DNA from: an uncultured archaeon
Lineage (GTDB): Archaea > Thermoplasmatota > Thermoplasmata > Thermoplasmatales > Thermoplasmataceae
DNA: 64,000 bases
Direction: 5' to 3'
Assembly (NCBI GenBank): GCA_000965745.1
Contig: CP009479.1
Coordinates: 576,001 to 640,000, forward strand
How positions within the stretch are numbered: position 1 is the stretch's first letter; each line of letters starts with the position of its first letter. The notes beneath the pieces were generated by a model. The model saw only the letters and a list, made by a program, of their open reading frames with translations, searched no databases and had not been told where the DNA came from. Below, piece by piece: positions 58,202 to 64,000 of this stretch. The translations under genes were made by a program, and so were the position numbers.

Positions 58202-58299
58202 ATAAAACCAAGTTCAATTCGTACATATAGTATATTTTAACAGTAATTCTCATCAGTGAAAGTTGAGTTTTATAGCCACCCGGTCCATGATTTTTATGC

Positions 58300-59178
58300 A
58301 TGAGAAAATTTTCAGTTTCGAGTGGTTCACGCAAATTAAATGCCCTGGAAACCGGTGCTTCCAGAGGAATCCCTGTTTTCTTTCTTCATCCGGCTCCAGG
58401 CTCAAGAGTCATGTATAAACCCCAGGTTGATAACGCAAATAATACCGGTGTAAGGCTTATCAGTTACAGCAGGCCTGGTTATGGAGGTTCGGAAAGGGAG
58501 GAGGGGAGAAATATTTCAGGCGCGGCAGAGGATGTTCTGGCAATAGCGGACGATCTTGGCATTGAGAGGTTTGGTGTCATAGGATATGCAGAAGGAGCGC
58601 CGCACGCACTCTCCTGCGCTGCCAGAGAACCTGAACGTGTAGTTGCAATTTCAGCAATTTCGGGATACGCCCCCTTCAATGCTGAAGGCTTTGATTTCTT
58701 TGCAGGAATGGGTGATTATGCCACAAAGGATTTCAATATGCTTCTAAATAAAGATCAGAAATGGGAGGAGAGCAATCTCCAGGCAGTTGAGACGCTCAGG
58801 CAATCCACAAGGGATCGGTTGGTGCAACTCATAGGTTCCATGTATTCGGAGGCGGATGCCAAGGCTGTTTCAGATGATCTCGTAGATTTTATGATCGACA
58901 GCGTCCTAGATGGCTGCTCTGAAGGTATAGACGGTGTCAGGGAGGATAGGCTGGCCCTTACCAGGCTATGGGGTTTTGATGTGGGTTCAATCAGGGTCCC
59001 CACACAAATATGGCATGGAGAACAGGATACAGTTGTTCCAATACAGCACAGCCAATGGCTGGCCTCAGAAATTCCAGGCGCCGAAGTCCACCTAGAAGGA
59101 GATGAGGGGCACCTGTCAACATTTGTCAACAACATTAATGATGTCCAGCAATGGATAAGATCAGAGTTTGAAAAATAG
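58300..59178 (+). CDS. Alpha/beta hydrolase fold protein
   Basis: HPAPGS, SRPGYGGS, WHGEQD..VP, EGH; nucleophile elbow reads GYAEG. Confidence 0.88.
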   Translation: MRKFSVSSGSRKLNALETGASRGIPVFFLHPAPGSRVMYKPQVDNANNTGVRLISYSRPGYGGSEREEGRNISGAAEDVLAIADDLGIERFGVIGYAEGAPHALSCAAREPERVVAISAISGYAPFNAEGFDFFAGMGDYATKDFNMLLNKDQKWEESNLQAVETLRQSTRDRLVQLIGSMYSEADAKAVSDDLVDFMIDSVLDGCSEGIDGVREDRLALTRLWGFDVGSIRVPTQIWHGEQDTVVPIQHSQWLASEIPGAEVHLEGDEGHLSTFVNNINDVQQWIRSEFEK

Positions 59179-59329
59179 ACGGATGAGAATGGACAATAAT
59201 TCAGGGATTTGTGGCTTGGGCCCTTCCCAGCGTCATGCATACGGGGCAAAAGCCATATATTGCGCCTTCAGAATGTTTATTTAATTTTGTTAACTAAAAC
59301 GTTTATAAATTAATAATCATTTTAATTTT

Positions 59330-59998
59330 ATGAGTACAGAAAGAGCTGCCTTCATAACTGGAGGTACGTCTGGACTGGGCAACTCTCTGGTGAGATTGTT
59401 TCTTGACAATGGCTGGAAAGTTGCCACCTGTGGAAGGAGGAAAAACCTCCTGGATGAGCTCGCCCGGGATCACGGAGATGATCTGCTTGCACTGGCATGC
59501 GACATTAGATTTGACAACCACCTTGATTCAGTAATTGAGCGAATTGAAGAAAAGTGGGGGAGCATCGACCTTATAGTGCTGAATGCCGGGGAGGTTGGTC
59601 CGGTTCCACTTCCGGAGGTGTATGGAACAACCTTGATGGACTTGAGGAAGACTATGGAAACAAATTTCTTTGCCAATTTCAATATAATCAGGAAATTTGC
59701 AGGCCTGATGAAAAATCCATCTCTCATTGCCCATATCACCTCAGATGCTTCTTCATCACCTTATCCGGGCTGGGGAGCATACGGAAGTTCCAAGGCTGCA
59801 ATGGATCAGCTAATCAGGATACTGGATGAGGAGTCAAAGTGTTCGGGCATAAACGCTTTCTCTTTCGATCCGGGAGACATGAGAACAGAAATGCACAGAA
59901 AGGCCATTCCAGAGGATGATCCGGATTCGTTAAAGGAGCCTGATGTTTCAGCTCTTGAGCTTTTCTCAATTGTTGAGAAGAAACTGGGTGTGAGATAG
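59330..59998 (+). CDS. Short-chain dehydrogenase/reductase
   Basis: TGGTSGLG, NAG, YGSSK, DPGDMRT.MH. Confidence 0.92.
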   Translation: MSTERAAFITGGTSGLGNSLVRLFLDNGWKVATCGRRKNLLDELARDHGDDLLALACDIRFDNHLDSVIERIEEKWGSIDLIVLNAGEVGPVPLPEVYGTTLMDLRKTMETNFFANFNIIRKFAGLMKNPSLIAHITSDASSSPYPGWGAYGSSKAAMDQLIRILDEESKCSGINAFSFDPGDMRTEMHRKAIPEDDPDSLKEPDVSALELFSIVEKKLGVR

Positions 59999-61054
59999 AT
60001 GGTTTTTCCAGGCGCGGATGGAGTAACGAGTGTTCCTGAATCCCATCTGCCCGCAGGCTTTCTTGGGGGTAGAAGGGACGGGGTGAAACTCCTGGTTGTT
60101 GACAGGAAGGGGGGAGCCATATCATCGGATATTTTCATGAATCTGTCAGAATACATCAATGAAGGGGATCTGCTCGTTGTAAACAACAGCAGGATCATCA
60201 AGGCATCATTAAGTGCTTACTTCCCCAGGCTGGGTAAATATGGGGACTTTAATTTTGGTACCAGCCGGAAAGGTGGTATGGTTCTTGCCGAGCCAAGGCC
60301 AAAGGAGTTGAACAGAGATCTCCGTGCAAATGATGAGGTTCAGCTCATAGGGCCCGATGTTTCGGCAAAGCTTATACGGAAACATGAGGAGTTTGAGCGT
60401 TTCTGGTGGATTGATCCAGGTGTCGATGGAAATAACCTCATGACTGTCATGAAGAGTTATGGAAAGCCCATAACCTATAGCCATGTTGCATTCCCTGTTT
60501 CCGAAGACGAATATCTGACAGAGTTTTCCAGGGTACCGGGTTCTGTGGAGCCTCCATCGGCTGGCATACCGTTCACTGAGGAAGTTTTGGATGATGTTGA
60601 AGGGGCAGGAGCAGAAATTGCCGAGTTGACACTCCACTGTAACCTCGGGTCCCTCGAGTTTTTTGAATTCAGCAAAAAGGAAAGGCTTCTGAATGAGGAA
60701 TATAGCATTCCAGGAAGAACTCTGAGAAAAATGGTGGAAACAAGGAGCAATGGTGGAAGGGTAATAGCAGTGGGGACGACTGTCGTCAGGGCTCTTGAGT
60801 CATACGCTTTGGAAAATAGTATCGATTACAGGGAAGAAGGTTCATATGAAGGTTCGACAGATATTTTCATAAAGAGAGGTTTTAACTTCAGGGCAGTTGA
60901 TGGACTGATAACAGGAATGCATGATGGTGGGAGTTCTCACATCGATATGATATCCGCCCTAGTAGGTCCAGAAATGCTTCAGACTGCATACGGGCTTGCT
61001 GTCCAGTGGGGATACCTGTGGCACGAGTTTGGCGATATGACGATGATACTGTAG
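59999..61054 (+). CDS. QueA-like protein (SAM:tRNA ribosyltransferase-isomerase family)
   Basis: GDLLVVNNS..I.A, PGSVEPPSAG.PFT, LTLH, VIAVGTTVVRALES, LITGMH, HEFGD. Confidence 0.85.
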   Translation: MVFPGADGVTSVPESHLPAGFLGGRRDGVKLLVVDRKGGAISSDIFMNLSEYINEGDLLVVNNSRIIKASLSAYFPRLGKYGDFNFGTSRKGGMVLAEPRPKELNRDLRANDEVQLIGPDVSAKLIRKHEEFERFWWIDPGVDGNNLMTVMKSYGKPITYSHVAFPVSEDEYLTEFSRVPGSVEPPSAGIPFTEEVLDDVEGAGAEIAELTLHCNLGSLEFFEFSKKERLLNEEYSIPGRTLRKMVETRSNGGRVIAVGTTVVRALESYALENSIDYREEGSYEGSTDIFIKRGFNFRAVDGLITGMHDGGSSHIDMISALVGPEMLQTAYGLAVQWGYLWHEFGDMTMIL

Positions 61055-61099
61055 CGATTGTACCAAAATTAGCTAATATCTATTAATATTTCAACAGCA

Positions 61100-61606
61100 A
61101 TGAAAAATTCACTGAAGATAGCTGCAGGAGTTGTTGCTGCAATAGCAATAGCCTCCGGCGCTTTTTTTGCTCTGAATTACAATAACAGCAGCGGAACGTT
61201 GAAAGTGTATGTGCATGATCTGCCTGCAACGAACGTCAGCAGTGTTTACATTACATTCTCAGAAATTTCGATTCATGGAAACCAGAGCGGTTGGAAGAAT
61301 TATTCAATAGGGCATGAAACTGTGAATATACTGGGGACAGCTTCCAGCAGTTCCACATTGCTGAAATCAGTAACACTCAACGCTGAGAAATACACAATGA
61401 TAAGGCTCTACATACAGACAGTGAACGTCACGATTGGTGGAAAGAATATCACATTCAACATGTCATCTCCATACGCATTCATAAACCACCCGTTTGATGT
61501 GAAATCAAATTCATCAACCACGATCAATTTCGATTTCCACTTGAACAAGGACCTGAACTTGAATTCTAAAGTATTCACTCCAAATATAGGATATTCAATT
61601 TCATAA
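61100..61606 (+). CDS. Membrane-anchored DUF4382-like protein
   Basis: N-terminal TM, GTLKVYVHDLP, V.ITFS.I..H, YTMIRL, DFH. Confidence 0.75.
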   Translation: MKNSLKIAAGVVAAIAIASGAFFALNYNNSSGTLKVYVHDLPATNVSSVYITFSEISIHGNQSGWKNYSIGHETVNILGTASSSSTLLKSVTLNAEKYTMIRLYIQTVNVTIGGKNITFNMSSPYAFINHPFDVKSNSSTTINFDFHLNKDLNLNSKVFTPNIGYSIS

Positions 61607-61723
61607 GTTCCATAATTTTTAACCGGTTGATGAGGGGGCCTTCCTCTTTCAACATATTTTGGCTCACATGTAAAATATGCTGAAAACATATAATATTCCA
61701 GAAACAATTCATGGGTGATAACA

Positions 61724-61891
61724 ATGCCAATTGATATTCAGAAGCGCATGAAGGTCCAGGCAGAACTTGCATACACGAATGAGAGGATCGCCCAGATCAG
61801 GGCAAACATAGATGAGCAGGGATATAACAAATACGAATACGATAACCTGGTAAAAAAGAGAGAGGAATTATTGAACCAATTGAATGCATGA
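61724..61891 (+). CDS. Small coiled-coil protein (55 aa)
   Basis: Read by hand; GGGTGAT RBS; MPIDIQKRMKVQAELAY... Confidence 0.55.
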   Translation: MPIDIQKRMKVQAELAYTNERIAQIRANIDEQGYNKYEYDNLVKKREELLNQLNA

Positions 61892-61913
61892 TAGGGGGAG
61901 AGGGGTGTATTTC

Positions 61914-62999
61914 CTATGGAACCATTTTTGGCCTGGACACCTTCGAGTTGAATTTCTTACCCCTGATTTCGATCTCAACTTCAGTACCTGCTTTCATGAA
62001 TTTCATGTCAATAAATCCGAGACCAATCCCCTTCTTCAATACGGGAGAAAGGGTTCCGCTTGTTATTTTTCCAACATCTTTTCCGTCGGATAATATCCTG
62101 CACTCTTCTCTGGGTATTCCTCTGTCATCAATTATGAATCCCCTGAATCTCAACTTAGATTTGTCCTTGCTCTCAAGGGCTTTTTCTTTTCCTACAAAAT
62201 CATGATCTATATCCATGATGAAGGATATTGAACATTCATAGGGCGTTCTGTTTCTGTTGAAATCATGGCCGGAAAGGAGCATGCCTTTCTCCATTCTGAG
62301 TGTATCCCTGGCTCCAAGGCCACAAGGAAGCCCGTTGTACTTTTTCATAAAACCCATGAGTTTATCCCAAAGGTCACCTGCATATTCATTTGGAAGTATG
62401 AATTCCACTCCACTTTCTCCAGTGTAACCTGTTCCGGAAACAATCATCTTCCTGTTCTTTGTCATAGGGTTTTCGAATTCTATGTCTACCTGATAAAAAG
62501 TAAAAGCTTCCGGTAGATGATATCCCATTTCCTTAAGAATGTTTTCACTATCAGGTCCCTGGAGAGCAATGCTGGAAAGTTTGTATGAATAATTCTCAAC
62601 CTCTATCTCAAAACCTTCCTTATGCTCATCAATCCATTCAAGAATCTGTTCTGTAGGACCGGCATTCGGGACGAAGAAGAACTCATTCTCACTCAACCTG
62701 TAGATAATTGTATCATCAATAATACATCCATTTTCATCCAGAAAAGCTGTGTATACACATTTCCCATCCTCGAGCTTTGATGCTCTTGTGGGCAGTATGT
62801 AGTCAACAAATGCAGAAGCATCCTTTCCTTTGATGGCAACATCTCCCATATGCGATACATCAAAAATTCCAGCGTGATTTCTCACTGCCATGTGTTCATC
62901 CATTATCCTCGTGTACTGGAGAGGCATATCCCACCCAGAAAACTCAGTCATTTTAGCTCCCGTTTCTATATGTTTATCAAAAAGTGCCGTTTTCTTCAT
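61914..62999 (-). CDS. gcvT: Glycine cleavage system T protein
   Basis: FSGWDMPLQY, FDVSHMG, TGYTGE.G.E, GLGARDTLRMEKG. Confidence 0.96.
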   Translation of the reverse strand: MKKTALFDKHIETGAKMTEFSGWDMPLQYTRIMDEHMAVRNHAGIFDVSHMGDVAIKGKDASAFVDYILPTRASKLEDGKCVYTAFLDENGCIIDDTIIYRLSENEFFFVPNAGPTEQILEWIDEHKEGFEIEVENYSYKLSSIALQGPDSENILKEMGYHLPEAFTFYQVDIEFENPMTKNRKMIVSGTGYTGESGVEFILPNEYAGDLWDKLMGFMKKYNGLPCGLGARDTLRMEKGMLLSGHDFNRNRTPYECSISFIMDIDHDFVGKEKALESKDKSKLRFRGFIIDDRGIPREECRILSDGKDVGKITSGTLSPVLKKGIGLGFIDMKFMKAGTEVEIEIRGKKFNSKVSRPKMVP

Positions 63000-63017
63000 G
63001 CTACCACCCACGGTCTG

Positions 63018-63623
63018 TTATGTTCCAGTGGAAGAGTACCCCCCTCCCCCTATAATATCAGTAAACAGCTTGTGTATTCTTATATCTTGCGTGAGCTCAG
63101 GGTGAAATGTCATACCAAGTATATTTCCACTCCGAACCATTATTGCGTTTCCTTCATGTTCTGAAAGAACCTCTGCATTTTCAACTGATTCTATAACAGG
63201 AGCCCTGATGAACACAGCCTTGAATCTTCCCAGCCCTTTTATCTCAACCTCGTCAATGAATGAATTGATCTGCCTTCCGTACGCATTCCTGTTGATCCTC
63301 ACATCAAGAGCCCCCATCCCCTCAACACGTTCATCGCCTGTATCCCTTGACAGCAAAATTACGCCTGCGCATGTTCCCATGACTGGCAGGCCCCTTTCAA
63401 TCCTCTCTTTAATCAGATCATATATTGAATACTGTTTCAGGAGCTTGTAAATTGTAGTGCTTTCCCCTCCGGGTATTATGAGGCCGTCTATCCCCTCAAG
63501 ATCTTCTTTCTTCCTGATCAGCCTCACACTGATTTCCATACCTTCCTCCCTCGAAAGCCGTTGCAGGATGTCTGAATGTTCAGACACATCACCCTGGAAG
63601 CCTACAATTCCAATAATCACCAT
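63018..63623 (-). CDS. pdxT: PLP synthase glutaminase subunit
   Basis: QGDVSEH, PGGESTT, GTCAG, RNAYGRQ, FHPEL. Confidence 0.96.
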   Translation of the reverse strand: MVIIGIVGFQGDVSEHSDILQRLSREEGMEISVRLIRKKEDLEGIDGLIIPGGESTTIYKLLKQYSIYDLIKERIERGLPVMGTCAGVILLSRDTGDERVEGMGALDVRINRNAYGRQINSFIDEVEIKGLGRFKAVFIRAPVIESVENAEVLSEHEGNAIMVRSGNILGMTFHPELTQDIRIHKLFTDIIGGGGYSSTGT

Positions 63624-63654
63624 TCTGAATTTATTACAGTGTAATATTGTTTTT

Positions 63655-64000
63655 CTAACCCTTTCTCGACAGGAGAAGCCTTCTTGTGTAGTAGTACAGT
63701 GCAGCAGACCCTGCTATCAATACGACTGCAATGAGCCCATGTTCCTGGTAAAACGGAACATAAGCGAAATTATGATCCACTGATATCCCATACCCTAGAT
63801 TGGCAAGTGTAGTTCCGGAAGACCCCGTTGAGTTATATGGCCTTTCATTCAGGGGAATCTGGAACACCATTGGAAACAGCGATGATACAGTGGTTATGCC
63901 ATGATATGTTGCTGGACCAAAGTCATAGGTTTCAGGCATCAGGTTCATAATGGCCGGGCTGAACGTAAGGGGAGCCCTCTCAATACTTCCGCCGCTGTAT
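63655..64000 (-). CDS. C-terminal part of a membrane-anchored protein (truncated by window edge)
   Basis: Frame is open to the window end; C-terminal TM helix plus basic tail. Confidence 0.6.
   Translation of the reverse strand, partial: YSGGSIERAPLTFSPAIMNLMPETYDFGPATYHGITTVSSLFPMVFQIPLNERPYNSTGSSGTTLANLGYGISVDHNFAYVPFYQEHGLIAVVLIAGSAALYYYTRRLLLSRKG

Noticed and set aside
58280-58287. Sixth att site
   Set aside because: Only 8 bp (CCGGTCCA) match and no arm is recognisable. Kept only as a weak hint.

Overview
Archaeal chromosome segment. The A1Ao ATP synthase gene order, the IPK/IDI-2 pair and the protein families point to an acidophilic Thermoplasmatales-like organism (inference). 1-26.3 kb is mostly housekeeping: rhodanese/MBL pair, GalE, aminotransferase, S9 peptidase, ClC, the atpK-E-C-F-A(intein)-B-D-(small TM ORF)-H-I operon, ZPR1, idi2 and ipk. 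A tRNA-Ala(TGC) at 26393-26464 anchors a ~30 kb accessory region. First comes a 21.3 kb integrated element: tyrosine integrase, membrane protein plus HerA/VirB4-like ATPase, ParA and partner, HNH, resolvase with res site, a Cdc6-led operon with N6-MTase, ImmA/IrrE, PIN and PLD-SNF2, a ~400 bp highly structured non-coding region, and a TIR protein. It is followed by three integrase-less modules of about 2.0, 1.0 and 5.5 kb. The element and each module end in a copy of one 40-bp site, made of a 21-bp non-tRNA arm plus the last 19 nt of tRNA-Ala. The result is a tRNA-anchored, integron-like cassette array carrying toxin-antitoxin and stress genes, whose most distal site is the most decayed. One module holds a 270-bp non-autonomous IS200/IS605 derivative retaining the tnpB 3' end/omegaRNA region, and a CARF-wHTH regulator with candidate operators. 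The right end has decayed genes, an SDR-QueA-like pair, gcvT and pdxT. All calls come from motifs read by eye; no searches were run.
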